From Paramoeba atlantica (taxonomy: Eukaryota > Protista > Discosea), in contig CDRNVI010000015.1 in the NCBI GenBank assembly GCA_977017575.1, forward strand, positions 248,001-312,000: a stretch of 64,000 nt of DNA, written 5' to 3'. Below are positions 1 through 10,798 of the stretch, in pieces. A model generated the notes under the pieces. That model was not told the DNA's origin and did not search any database. It saw nothing but the letters and a program-made list of their open reading frames with translations. Numbering within the stretch: position 1 is the first letter of the stretch; every line of letters starts with the position of its first letter. The translations under genes were made by a program, and so were the position numbers.

Positions 1-3000
1 TATGACATTGAACCAGACGAAAAAATTATGGATGCATACCTTACGCAATATTTGTTTTATGAATCAAGCCGTAGGGGTCTCTTTCCGAGTTGGATTAAGC
101 CAAGCGATGATCTTCCTAACCCAGCCCGTCTATACAATTGGTGTCAATCAATTAACAATGTTCCGGGGGTATGGGAGACCTCTCGAGGAGAAAGCACTAT
201 TTATGTTGAGACTAAAATTGAACATTTATCTGACAAGGTTGAACACACTTTGTTAAATCAAATGCTTCGCCTAGTCATGGATACTCATCTGGCGGATTAT
301 ATGACGGCCCGCAACAACGCATCTTTAACTTACAAAGACATGAATCATACCCAAAACTATGGTATTATTCGCGGTTTACAATTCGCTCCTTTTTTAATCC
401 AATTTTGGGGTCTTGCCATTGATCTTACGATCCTTGGCCTCGCACGAGCTGCAGAGCTGTGTGATGGGCGTGATAGTCCATCTCACGCTATGAATTCCCG
501 TACAGCATCCGATTTTCAGGCCCATCACATAAAAATGTATATGAGGTATTTGGATAAGGTTCATATACTTTATCGCTTTTCTCAACGGCATGCTTCTGAT
601 CTGATTGCCAAATTTCGACCCAAGTTGTCAGGAACTTCCGATTTGGGTAGAGAGATAAACTCTTATAAAATACATCAACATTGGCCCAAAGATATGCGTA
701 TGCGTCTGCTTAGTCACGATGTATGCCTTGGTCGTTCGACATTCGATTTTGTGAAAAAACGAATTCCGGTTTCTCTTGCATCTATCACATTGGAAAACAC
801 GTATATTTCGGTCTACTCTCGGGACAACCCCCAGCTTCAATTCTCTATGAATGGCTTCGAGGTATGCATTCGCCCTCGTGCGCGCATGCTTGACCCAGCG
901 ATCGTTCCTGAGGATCAAAATATTTGGTCCCTAATAGATCATATCTCAAAGGCTGCCACCGCGTTTGCGTATCTCCGAGTAGCGGAAGAAGAAGTAAAGC
1001 AGTTGGAAATTCGTCTTCGTTTAGTGCTACTAAACAGTGGACAAACTCCGTTTAAGAAACTGGTTGAAAAATGGAATACACAGCTAGCCGCTTTTGTTGC
1101 CTACTATCGAGAAGCAATTTATGGTACTCCAAGCGTCCTTCCGGTTTTACTAAAAGGGGAAACCAGAATACAAAATAGAATTAAAGTGCAACTTAACTCA
1201 AAGATGGCAAAACGTTTTCCCCCTGTTGTGTTCTATGCCCCCACGGATTTGTGGGGATTGGGTATGTTATCCGTTGGTCATTCCTTAATTCCACAAACCG
1301 ACCTTAGGTATGGGAAGCAAAGTTTATCTGATACTACTCACTTTCTAGCTGGGTTATCTCACGATGTAGGAGTGGAAATTCCGAACGTTTTGAGATACAT
1401 AACACCGTGGCAAGAGGAGATGAACGAATCTGCGCGAGTGTGGAGAGAGTATCGCCTTAAAAGCGAAGACGCAACGCGGAATAATAGAAGGATTGTTTTG
1501 GAAGACATAAACGAAATGAGAGGACTTGGTGTCCCAAGAATTGCAACTGCATTTCAGGCTGATAAGCAAACGCTTCTGTATGATGTCGGGTGGCGCGTTC
1601 GACAGGAGTTTAAGGTTCACAACGTACAGCGACCACAACCTTTTTGGTACATGAATGTAAGACATGATGGCAAACTTTTCAATTTTGATAAATACAAGGC
1701 TGACGTCGTACAAACCTTTGGAGGGATTGAATCCATACTTTCTCATTCTATATTTGGGGCGACAGGATACGAGGCCTGGGAAGGACTCGACTGGAACCGC
1801 ATAAGCAAGTTTGAAGAAAACATGAAAGGAAAAAAGATTTCGCATGCACAGCGCGGGGGTTTAAGCAAGATTCCCAATCAACGTTTCGCGTTATGGTGGT
1901 CACCCACCCTGAATCGATCTTCGGTGTATATGGGGTTTTTAACGCAGATCGACTTGACCGGAATCATGATGCACGCTAAATTACCGTTAGTCAAGGCGTC
2001 CTTGGTTCAGATTTTTCAAAATCATCTTTGGCAAAAAATTCATGAAGGGATTGTTGTCGATATATGCAAAGTCTTGGAAACAAGACTTAGCAAGCTTGGT
2101 ATTCAATCGTTACAAAAGTGTCACACTGCTCCCCGAAAGAGCTTTCGAATGTCCAGTGGAAGTGCGGACATTACAATGTTGGCGACAGGGCGCTGGTCTC
2201 TCTCAAGGCCTTCTCTTCTCTCCGAGTCAGGGGATAAATTTTCGTTCACATCCGCAAAAAACTATTGGATCGATGTTCAAATTCGTTGGGGAGATTACGA
2301 TTCCCATGATGCTGAGAAATACGCCCGTTCGAAATTTCTATCTTACACAACTAACCGTGGAGAACAAATGTATCCTTGCCCAACAGGGGTAATGGTCGTC
2401 TTTGATTTAGCATATAACGTACATTCAGCTTATGGTTACTGGATACCTGGTCTGAAATCATTTCTTGAAGATGCGCTACAAAAGATACAGCTGTACAACA
2501 CGGAACTTTATAGACTCCGAAGTAATCTTAATGCCAAACTACAACTTGCACCACGTGAAAAGTCTGAGCCACCATTGTCCGTACAGAATTGTGATGATTT
2601 GTTTTCTGGAAAAGCAGCTTGGATTGTCGATGGTTCATGTGCACATCTTGCTATTCCTCAAAGGACTTTCGAAGGAAATCTCACTACGAAAGCCATCAAC
2701 GGAGCAGTTCTTGTTATAAATCCGAAGAGTGGACAACTCTTTCTGCTTGTTGTACATGCTGATACCTGGAAAGGACAACGTCGTTTGAGTAATTTGGCCA
2801 AGTTGAAAGTCGCAGAAAGCGTTGCCGCCCTCGTTCGTTCACTTCCAAAAGATGAATATCCCAAGAGCATCATCAGCATGCAGAGGCATAGTTTAGAGGT
2901 CCTAAATGGAACTCTTTCTGGTCTTACAAATACTGTAATTAAAGGTTCAAATTTACTTGTTCCCTTCAGAGCTTTACTAAAGGTTCCGAAGATACATGAA

Positions 3001-4305
3001 ATTGTTTCTACGGCTGCTAAGTCGCAGTCCCATATAATTGGCTTGTACGATGATTGGCTTGATACTATTAGTCCATTAACCGCCTTCTTTCGCCTCCTCA
3101 TTCTCCTTCGTGCTTTGAATGTGAACGAGAGTCGATGTCGCACTATTCTCCGTTCCGTAGCAAGATCCAACCCCTCTTCTCACCACATGTGGCCGAAACT
3201 GGAGGCTGGCGAGTGGCTACATGTTGAAACTTCTTTAAAAGATCTCATTGTTGCAGATTATTGCAAACGAAACGCAGTAGATGTATCTCGTATAACACCC
3301 ACAGAGATTCGTGATATTTTGCTTGGGCAAGAAATTGCATCGCTCTCAGTTCAACAAGCTCGAAGTGAACTTATTGATCGAGCAAAACAGACCATACAAA
3401 CGGACGCTATTAGAAAGTCGGGAAAAATAAAAGAATCACGAAAGGGTAACACAAAGTCATTCGTACCTCGTAGCCATCATAGTAAAACGGAATGGAGACA
3501 ACGTGCTCTTGCTACGCGTGCCAGGCCTGAAGTAAGTGAAGTTGACACGCTTTCTCCGAAGCATGTGCAGTCACATGAAAGCGTAATTTTGCCTAGCAAC
3601 ATTCTTTATATGGTTTCACGTTGTTCAGACGTGTACAATAAAGTGGTCGTTCTGCTTTATGGTAGGAAACTTGAAGCGCAGTGCCAAGTAATATGCGCAG
3701 TTTTTCCCGCTCAAATTGGTACACATGAAAATGTTACGTTCTCCTACCGACAGTCTGAACACCCATTGTTCAATTCCTTAACACTTATTGGCGTCCTCAC
3801 AACTTGTTTCGAACTTGAATATAAACCAACGAACTCAGATTTGATAATGATGACTAACGTAGCGAAAGATAATTATTCGGATGCTCATGACTTGTTTTAC
3901 ATAACTGTGTTTCTAAACGGAGGCAAGGCAACTTTGGCAACATATCGCACTTCCTCCAGTGGGAACGAAGTACTCAAAAATTTGTCAGGCAACCCAAATG
4001 AAGATTCCTCTACTACTGAGCTATTAGAAAATGCTTTCGCACAGTGTGAAATACAGCTTGGACAAGAATCATCCGGCTTTTATTTGGTTCCAGAAGACGG
4101 AATATGGAATTATAGCTTTCTGGGCGTTTCACCACCGCAGTATCCGAGCACTCTTATAGTAGATGCACCTCATGATTATCATAATCCATATCACAGAAAA
4201 GAGCACTTTATTCGATCAAACGTTGAAACGACAACTTATTCTTCTCCTGTTCAAGAAGTTGATTCCCATTTTATTGCAGATCTTGGAGATGATATGGCAT
4301 GGTAG
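1..4305 (+). CDS. PRP8: Pre-mRNA splicing factor PRP8, 5'-truncated by the window edge (RT/linker, endonuclease-like, RNase H-like and Jab1/MPN regions)
   Basis: Frame +1 is open from base 1 (YDIEPDEKIMDAYLTQYLFYE..LFPSWIKP). It carries PRP8 motifs RFALWWSPTLNR, QIFQNHLWQKIHE, IDVQIRWGDYDSHD, FEGNLTTKAINGA, LYDDWLDTIS and EIRDILLGQEI. Confidence 0.97.
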   Translation, partial: YDIEPDEKIMDAYLTQYLFYESSRRGLFPSWIKPSDDLPNPARLYNWCQSINNVPGVWETSRGESTIYVETKIEHLSDKVEHTLLNQMLRLVMDTHLADYMTARNNASLTYKDMNHTQNYGIIRGLQFAPFLIQFWGLAIDLTILGLARAAELCDGRDSPSHAMNSRTASDFQAHHIKMYMRYLDKVHILYRFSQRHASDLIAKFRPKLSGTSDLGREINSYKIHQHWPKDMRMRLLSHDVCLGRSTFDFVKKRIPVSLASITLENTYISVYSRDNPQLQFSMNGFEVCIRPRARMLDPAIVPEDQNIWSLIDHISKAATAFAYLRVAEEEVKQLEIRLRLVLLNSGQTPFKKLVEKWNTQLAAFVAYYREAIYGTPSVLPVLLKGETRIQNRIKVQLNSKMAKRFPPVVFYAPTDLWGLGMLSVGHSLIPQTDLRYGKQSLSDTTHFLAGLSHDVGVEIPNVLRYITPWQEEMNESARVWREYRLKSEDATRNNRRIVLEDINEMRGLGVPRIATAFQADKQTLLYDVGWRVRQEFKVHNVQRPQPFWYMNVRHDGKLFNFDKYKADVVQTFGGIESILSHSIFGATGYEAWEGLDWNRISKFEENMKGKKISHAQRGGLSKIPNQRFALWWSPTLNRSSVYMGFLTQIDLTGIMMHAKLPLVKASLVQIFQNHLWQKIHEGIVVDICKVLETRLSKLGIQSLQKCHTAPRKSFRMSSGSADITMLATGRWSLSRPSLLSESGDKFSFTSAKNYWIDVQIRWGDYDSHDAEKYARSKFLSYTTNRGEQMYPCPTGVMVVFDLAYNVHSAYGYWIPGLKSFLEDALQKIQLYNTELYRLRSNLNAKLQLAPREKSEPPLSVQNCDDLFSGKAAWIVDGSCAHLAIPQRTFEGNLTTKAINGAVLVINPKSGQLFLLVVHADTWKGQRRLSNLAKLKVAESVAALVRSLPKDEYPKSIISMQRHSLEVLNGTLSGLTNTVIKGSNLLVPFRALLKVPKIHEIVSTAAKSQSHIIGLYDDWLDTISPLTAFFRLLILLRALNVNESRCRTILRSVARSNPSSHHMWPKLEAGEWLHVETSLKDLIVADYCKRNAVDVSRITPTEIRDILLGQEIASLSVQQARSELIDRAKQTIQTDAIRKSGKIKESRKGNTKSFVPRSHHSKTEWRQRALATRARPEVSEVDTLSPKHVQSHESVILPSNILYMVSRCSDVYNKVVVLLYGRKLEAQCQVICAVFPAQIGTHENVTFSYRQSEHPLFNSLTLIGVLTTCFELEYKPTNSDLIMMTNVAKDNYSDAHDLFYITVFLNGGKATLATYRTSSSGNEVLKNLSGNPNEDSSTTELLENAFAQCEIQLGQESSGFYLVPEDGIWNYSFLGVSPPQYPSTLIVDAPHDYHNPYHRKEHFIRSNVETTTYSSPVQEVDSHFIADLGDDMAW

Positions 4306-4889
4306 CATGTTCTGATTCCGGAAAAAGTGTATCATAGGTGTCTGCATTACACCGTGGTATTGTTTTCCGCTGCGTGTAGAGCACGTACGTTTTATGAGCA
4401 AAGTGGGGATATGCACCCTCACAAAATTTTGAACAATTCGATTATTTATACTGGTATCCCTTCTTGTGATATAGAATCTCACAAGAAGATATAAATGGGA
4501 TTTCCATGTTGCGGACAATTTTTATTACGGCTTTATTATTTTTGTAAACAGCGCAGTATATTTTGATGCGATTCTGTATATCAATTAAACGCTTTGATTG
4601 TGTGAACTGAGTGGGCAACTCGTACGTATCGTAGGAATTTCATTTTACACACTTCCATATAGTAGTTGAACTATTATACAGGAACCAAGTTCCTGTGTCA
4701 CGAAATAGTATTCCTGGAATGAAGAGGTCATGTACACCTCTATTATGGCATAGTAACTACCTCATGCAAAGCGCTTCATTGTTTCTTCTAGTGTTCTAGT
4801 TTTGTGGTTCTTTTAACAATATGATGTTAATATTGTACTATCAAGTAATTTGTGTGTACGATTTTGTTTCTCACAAATTCTCCTTATTT

Positions 4890-7061
4890 ATGACTTCATC
4901 TGATGCAGGTATTTACGATGAATCAAGTGAGATCGCCTCTTTGCCTGCGAGATTTATCATTAAGTCCAAGAGAAGAGGACAATCCATATCTTGCAAGCGT
5001 CACGTTTTAGTCAAGCCTGAAGGGGGCGGACCTTTACATGCGCTTTTACGTGGCGCAAGGAAGGGGGAAACACTCCAGATAGATACTTTACCGGAATGCT
5101 TCTTACAGGAATCTTCGTCACCCGATTGTTCCAATGAAGGTGTGGATGCAGAAAATAAAGCATTTGAAGTGGAAATCTGCGATAGGTTTACGCAGTATGA
5201 CGTAAGTGCAGGTAATAGCGATTTTTTCGTTAAAGAAATATTATCGTCCAGCAAAGACGTTGATTTATTTACCCCAGATTTTGAAAGTAAGGTAGCCGTG
5301 GACATTAATGAGGTGATAGATCTCGATTCCTTTTTTCAGCAATTAAGCGAGCACGCAAACAATTTTCAAGAAGTGGAGATTGGAGATGGACGACTTTCAC
5401 GGCACTTTGAAGACGCAATTTGCTCAATGAAATCAAACGAAGTGGCTTTATTTATGTTTCCTTCTTTGCTTTCCGATGCAAAAGAAAATTCGCAACCTCC
5501 ATCCGAAAAATACTACCGCTTTGAGCTTCGTTCTCATTCAAGAGTGTGTGCCTTACATTTAGATGATGCAGAAAATATTAGGCACGCTGAGCAAAGAAAA
5601 ATTGAAGGCAATACTTTATTGAAGAAAGATAATTTGCCTTTGGCTGAGAAAAAATATCTCCGAGGCCTTGAATTTGTCGCTCAAATAGGCAAAAAAGGTT
5701 TAAATTTCTTGTTGAAGAAACTTTCTACCACAATATCTTTGTATAATAATCTTTCTTTGGTCTACCTGCGTCAACATAATTGGCACAAAGTAGTCGATGC
5801 CAGTTCAAAATCAATAGCTCTAAATTCCAAACCGAACGAAAACACCAAGGCATACCTCCGAAGAGGGGTCGCATACCGTTTTCTTTTAGAATTCACCAAC
5901 TCTAGACGGGACTTCGAAATGATTCTTTCATGTGATCCGAATGACACCGAGGCATTGCATCAAATGAAGACTTTACAGGAAACGTTGCACAATCATGAGA
6001 CGTATGAGAAGCGTGTATATCGAAAAGCCTTTGCGAAAGGCTTTGATTACGACGATGTACGCTATCAAGGATATGTCTGCTCTTGGAGTAGATCAAAGGG
6101 TTGTGGAAGAATTCGTCACGTTGAGACTAAAAACGAGTATTTTGTACATTTTACTAATGTACGTACCTGCCGTGATCCCGCTCAGCTCTATGTCGGCGAG
6201 CGGCTGGAATTTCAACCAATAAAAACAGAAGAAAGACTGAGAGCAGGAGATGTCACGTTGCCTGGTGGTATTCGAATTCCGAAAGTAGAGGAATTTTCCA
6301 AAGATATGGATCCGCAGAAACAAGTGGAACAGAGCATCAAGAAAGCCCTTTGGGAAGCTGAGCTCGAAAAGAATGCTTCAGAATTTGGCCTGGGGTCGGT
6401 TTCCTCCGATTCAAATAGACACTTTACATATGGAACATGCAAAGAGTGGAACCTAGATCGAGGATTTGGTGTTATCACTAATGATAAAATTGAATCTACA
6501 GAGTATTTCGTTCATTGTAGAGATATTTTGAGTTGTCTAAAACCTCGTAAGGCTTTATTTGTTGGCGAAAAGGTGCGTTTTGAAGTAGACGAAACGGAAA
6601 TTGGACGACGCCGAAAACGTGCCATTCGGGTTACTTCGCCTAATGGGCAAGAATGTAGCGGTATCGAATGTCTTTCACAAGAAGAGCAAGAAAGATCAAT
6701 TCAAGGAGGACGAAAACTCCAGAAGCCTTCTCGATCGAATGAAGAAACAGGTCTACTACAGCGAAGACATACGGGAAAGTGTATAAAATGGATTTACGAA
6801 CGAGGCTTCGGTTTCGTAGAGTCGTACGACACTGAAGTGGAGTATTTTGTGCACGCAACTTGCTTGGAAAAATGCAATGGAAAAATCAAAGCTTTGCGCA
6901 TAGACGAAGAAGTTGAATTTGATGTAGAAACAAAAAATGGAAGACAGCGCGCCACAGCCGTAACCGCCATTGGGGGATCTCCTGTTTCAGGATTACAAGA
7001 AATTCCAGATGCAGATGCTCCTATGGAAGCTAAAATTGTTCAAAATGAAAGTATTGAGTGA
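4890..7061 (+). CDS. Degenerate FKBP-like + TPR protein fused to three C-terminal cold-shock (CSD/OB) domains
   Basis: FKBP-like remnant FEDAICSMKSNEVALF. TPRs AEQRKIEGNTLLK, LYNNLSLVYLR and NTKAYLRRGVAY. Three CSDs with RNP1/RNP2-like motifs: KGCGRI..YFVHF, RGFGVI..YFVHC, RGFGFV..YFVHA. ATG 4890 is preferred over 4821, which encodes pyrimidine-tract-like sequence. Confidence 0.8.
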   Translation: MTSSDAGIYDESSEIASLPARFIIKSKRRGQSISCKRHVLVKPEGGGPLHALLRGARKGETLQIDTLPECFLQESSSPDCSNEGVDAENKAFEVEICDRFTQYDVSAGNSDFFVKEILSSSKDVDLFTPDFESKVAVDINEVIDLDSFFQQLSEHANNFQEVEIGDGRLSRHFEDAICSMKSNEVALFMFPSLLSDAKENSQPPSEKYYRFELRSHSRVCALHLDDAENIRHAEQRKIEGNTLLKKDNLPLAEKKYLRGLEFVAQIGKKGLNFLLKKLSTTISLYNNLSLVYLRQHNWHKVVDASSKSIALNSKPNENTKAYLRRGVAYRFLLEFTNSRRDFEMILSCDPNDTEALHQMKTLQETLHNHETYEKRVYRKAFAKGFDYDDVRYQGYVCSWSRSKGCGRIRHVETKNEYFVHFTNVRTCRDPAQLYVGERLEFQPIKTEERLRAGDVTLPGGIRIPKVEEFSKDMDPQKQVEQSIKKALWEAELEKNASEFGLGSVSSDSNRHFTYGTCKEWNLDRGFGVITNDKIESTEYFVHCRDILSCLKPRKALFVGEKVRFEVDETEIGRRRKRAIRVTSPNGQECSGIECLSQEEQERSIQGGRKLQKPSRSNEETGLLQRRHTGKCIKWIYERGFGFVESYDTEVEYFVHATCLEKCNGKIKALRIDEEVEFDVETKNGRQRATAVTAIGGSPVSGLQEIPDADAPMEAKIVQNESIE

Positions 7062-7397
7062 AAGTCTACTTTTAATCTTTTTATTCTGTACTTTCTTAGA
7101 TATCTTTTTTCAACACGTACAATACTATAACTCTTCTTCTGCAATGCGTGTATTATAGTTCTATCTATTCTTGTTTGTAGTTTCGTTTTCTCCTAATATT
7201 TGTTTTCTGCTACGTGAATTTCTTTTCAAAAATACGACACACGTATCATGCAGTGTGCAGCTCAGACGTTATCTCTCCTTTTGCTCTTAGCAATCACTGG
7301 AAATTAATGCATCCATAACTCCAGTAAGATACAGTTAGCATAAAATACGAATTTGTACAAATAATACATATCCCTCCTTTTCTGTTTTTGAACTGTC

Positions 7398-8654
7398 ATG
7401 CCCGAATTTGACAGTAGCACAGACGATTATGATGAAAACATAAACTACGGCGATGCGAAGGATGAGACTATTCCTAAAATTGGAGTTCAGATGGACTTAG
7501 CACAAAGTGAGGGACATGTTCAAAAGACATTACTTGAAATTGGTGAAGGCAAGGCAATTGGATCTTCACGCGCCGTAGTTCGACTCCTGTACAGTGCACA
7601 AGATGCAGATTCATGCTGTGAGTCAGAGTTTGAAGGTTTTTCCGACTACAATAAACCACTCTCGGTTGAGTTGTGGAAGGACGAGGAGTCAGATTTTCCT
7701 AGGGGTTTTACCATGGCCCTTCGAAGCATGAAGAAGAAGGAAAAGGCCGCGTTTCTTGTATCCCCGAAATACGCTTATGGGGACAAAGGTTACAAATCTC
7801 TCCCCTCTGGTCACAGAGTTAAATATGAGATTGAAATTGTTTCATGGGCTCCGATTGAAGACGTCAGTAAGGAGCACGACAACTCAGTTATTAAGCAACA
7901 AATCGAAGAAGGCGATACTACCTCCTACTATACTCCGGAATATGAAACTCTAGTCACGGTAGATATTCTTGGGCATAAAGGCAAAGACAAAGTAATGGAT
8001 AAACAAAACATTTCAATTCAAATCGGTAATGAAGAATTGTCGGACAATTTAGAACGAGCTATTTCTCGCATGAAGAAAGGAGAAAGATCTGAAGTAACGA
8101 TCAGCGACGTGACAGGCCCTGTAGAAGTATATGAAATCAAGCTGCACAACTTTAAACGAGTTGATCCATGGGCGGCGAAAGGACCAGAAAAAACAGAGGA
8201 GGCAAGAAAGCGCAAAGACGGTGGCAATAAACTTTGGAGGGAAAACAAACTTGTGAGAGCAGCACAGAAATATAAACGAGGGCTTGAGTTTCTCACCAGT
8301 GAATATGGGTTAAACGATGCAGAACTTTCTGCATTCAAAGATCTCAAGGTTCAGCTGCATAATAATTACGCACTGGTTTGTGAGAAACAATATCTGTGGA
8401 AAGAAGTTGTCGAACACTGTACGGGTTCATTGCAACAATGTAATGATGCGCAGATTAACACCAAAGCTTATTTAAGACGAGGTGTTGCGAATCGTCACCT
8501 TGGGAATTTTTGCGATGCACATCGCGATCTTGAGAAAATCCGTGGTTCAAAAAGCGCGGCGAGCAATGTCAACGCAGAGCTTCAGATCCTGAATGCGCTG
8601 GAAAAGGCACAATACGAAAAAGAAAAAGTTCTCTACGGAAGAATGTTTATGTAG
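7398..8654 (+). CDS. FKBP-type peptidyl-prolyl isomerase with TPR domain (FKBP52/ROF1-like)
   Basis: Two FKBP-like domains (GFTMALRSMKKKEKAAFLVSPKYAYGDKG and NLERAISRMKKGERSEVTI), TPRs (RKDGGNKLWR, LHNNYALV, TKAYLRRG) and the family C-terminus EKEKVLYGRMF. Confidence 0.88.
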   Translation: MPEFDSSTDDYDENINYGDAKDETIPKIGVQMDLAQSEGHVQKTLLEIGEGKAIGSSRAVVRLLYSAQDADSCCESEFEGFSDYNKPLSVELWKDEESDFPRGFTMALRSMKKKEKAAFLVSPKYAYGDKGYKSLPSGHRVKYEIEIVSWAPIEDVSKEHDNSVIKQQIEEGDTTSYYTPEYETLVTVDILGHKGKDKVMDKQNISIQIGNEELSDNLERAISRMKKGERSEVTISDVTGPVEVYEIKLHNFKRVDPWAAKGPEKTEEARKRKDGGNKLWRENKLVRAAQKYKRGLEFLTSEYGLNDAELSAFKDLKVQLHNNYALVCEKQYLWKEVVEHCTGSLQQCNDAQINTKAYLRRGVANRHLGNFCDAHRDLEKIRGSKSAASNVNAELQILNALEKAQYEKEKVLYGRMFM

Positions 8655-9205
8655 GTTTTGTCCGTAAATACTGCAAAATCATATTCCACTACAATGTGAC
8701 TGCAAAGATACTACATTGTAAGGATAGAGCTGATTATTTGCATTCTGTTGCGAGTTTTTTTCTAGGTTCTAAACGGTCGTCAAATTCTACGATTTGGCCA
8801 GAGCATATCAACGCATTAAAGGTATTATTCGATCTAAATGCTTCTAAGCATTTATTTGTTTCATTGTTCAGTTCAATGTCCAGGGTGGTATGAGATAAAA
8901 AATCTTACGCTGTATATGCATGCAGGTACAAATGCATCATGTATAAATGTATTTATAAGCTTGTGTGACGCATACAAATAATACAGTAGGAAGTAGTCCA
9001 TGTACGTTTGTCCATATAGTACATGGATGTATATGGATAAATGCGAGCATGTTATACTCGAAATTCTGGCCATGTGTATGACCGCAATGGTGTACTTCTA
9101 ACATGTGTTCTAACATGCACCCTTCTAGCACGTGTTCTATATACATCCTACATCTGCATTAATGTACTTATGTATGCGGGTACCTACGCGGTCCAATAGT
9201 GTTGC

Positions 9206-10798
9206 ATGAACTTCATACTACTTTGTTGTATCGCTTTTGCGTACGTCGAAATACACTGCGTACACAGCCATGATTCGGTACTGCGACCAAGATGTTTTCC
9301 TCTAGCGTATAATCAAACGGATGAGTCGTGCGTTCCATGCTCATCGAATGACAGTTGTGTAAGATATTTTCTTATGTGTGAAGCAGGGAGGTGTGTTCCT
9401 ACGATACCAATGGCGCAATATGTGAGCAGTTCGTGGATGATTCTGATGCTCTTGCTTTTTTTGCTTTGCATAAGTTCTGAAATTCATAAATTTCCTTTGG
9501 AATATACCGCACTAGCATGCTTCTTATTTGTTGGTTATCCACTTTGTAATGCTGTCTCATTGATGTTGTGTCTTCTTTTGGGACGAGCTTCTTACGTACT
9601 TATCAATTTATGGAGAATCAACAGACAGTGTCTCCAAGATACAAAGCCCATTCTTTCTTGGGATGTTGCCTTGCTTTTTTTACCAAGTCTTCTTTCATCG
9701 ACTGCACTTGGTTGGTATCTTTCCCATGTATTGCCACATGGCATTCATTATAGCTTCGTTGCTTTGGCCTCCCTCATTGTCAGCTGGAACCATTTGAAAT
9801 CTGATTCGCGTCAAAGTATTAGTGATTACAATGCTACTACGTGCCATTACTCCGTCTACACGAATTATTCGCTGGAAGATGGAATCTCTAATAGTAGAAA
9901 TAGTAATCAAACCACAGATACACAGGCAAGTGATGCAGAGCTAAGAACTCACTGTAATAACGAATTATCGCATACGATACGCTTTTCACCCACCGCGGCA
10001 CGAGCACCGAGTACGTGCATTTCACATCGCAAACATTTTTATAATAATTCATCGGCGGAAGGAGAGAATCGGGGATTTCTTTTGGATGAAGGGATTCACC
10101 AAGAAATTCCTTGTTGTGAAAAGCATGACACACGGAGTCAAATTCCGTGTATATGGGTGACTATGGGAGTTTACGGCGTCATATGCAGTGGATTCTTCTT
10201 TTTGACACTTTATCTTTCCCGCAAAGCACACTTGGTGACATGCGGGAGCTCAAAATACTGGAGCTTGACGTATTTGGGCTGGAATACATTGACAGTAATT
10301 TCTTTTCTTCTAGGAATGTGGTACTATCGAACTAGGCCGGCGAATTCGGGCTTGGTGTGGAATAGAAGCGCATGTTTCTACTATCCCACATTAGCTTCGT
10401 GTGTGGGAACCACCGTAATCTGTTTGGGCGTAGATCCCGGACGAATTGTTGATCCCCTTCTTAGTGCAATGGGTTTTATGTTTGCCCCCAAAGGTACAGT
10501 TACCCTGTGCACTATCACTATTTTGAGTTTGAATCTCTGCTTCTTCATATTTAACGATGGTGCATCACCTACTCTAGCTATTTCCATTGTTCTCATTGGT
10601 TTTTGTGGGACTTGGTTACACAGAATGCTTCCCCCAACAGCTTTTGTTGAAAGCATACAGCTTACTGTAACGCGAAAGTTAGGTTACATTTCTGTTATTG
10701 CCTCTTGCTTGTGGATCAGTCTAATGGGTATTTCTTTTGCAATTGAAGAGTGGCGTAAGAATTTTCTTTTTCAACTCCTACCTCTATGTGGACCTTAA
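9206..10798 (+). CDS. Polytopic membrane protein, divergent TauE/SafE (TSUP) family-like, with signal peptide and Cys-rich N-terminal segment
   Basis: N-terminal hydrophobic signal and about 9-10 hydrophobic segments. PILSWDVALLFLPSLLSSTALGWYLSHVLP resembles the eukaryotic TauE motif PLIDYDLALLLQPMLLLGxxxG. Confidence 0.55.
   Translation: MNFILLCCIAFAYVEIHCVHSHDSVLRPRCFPLAYNQTDESCVPCSSNDSCVRYFLMCEAGRCVPTIPMAQYVSSSWMILMLLLFLLCISSEIHKFPLEYTALACFLFVGYPLCNAVSLMLCLLLGRASYVLINLWRINRQCLQDTKPILSWDVALLFLPSLLSSTALGWYLSHVLPHGIHYSFVALASLIVSWNHLKSDSRQSISDYNATTCHYSVYTNYSLEDGISNSRNSNQTTDTQASDAELRTHCNNELSHTIRFSPTAARAPSTCISHRKHFYNNSSAEGENRGFLLDEGIHQEIPCCEKHDTRSQIPCIWVTMGVYGVICSGFFFLTLYLSRKAHLVTCGSSKYWSLTYLGWNTLTVISFLLGMWYYRTRPANSGLVWNRSACFYYPTLASCVGTTVICLGVDPGRIVDPLLSAMGFMFAPKGTVTLCTITILSLNLCFFIFNDGASPTLAISIVLIGFCGTWLHRMLPPTAFVESIQLTVTRKLGYISVIASCLWISLMGISFAIEEWRKNFLFQLLPLCGP

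Noticed and set aside
1780-1830. PRP8 intein at the fungal/protist insertion site (EKA/SGFEE region)
   Set aside because: The sequence runs straight through LDWNRISKFEEN with no insertion.
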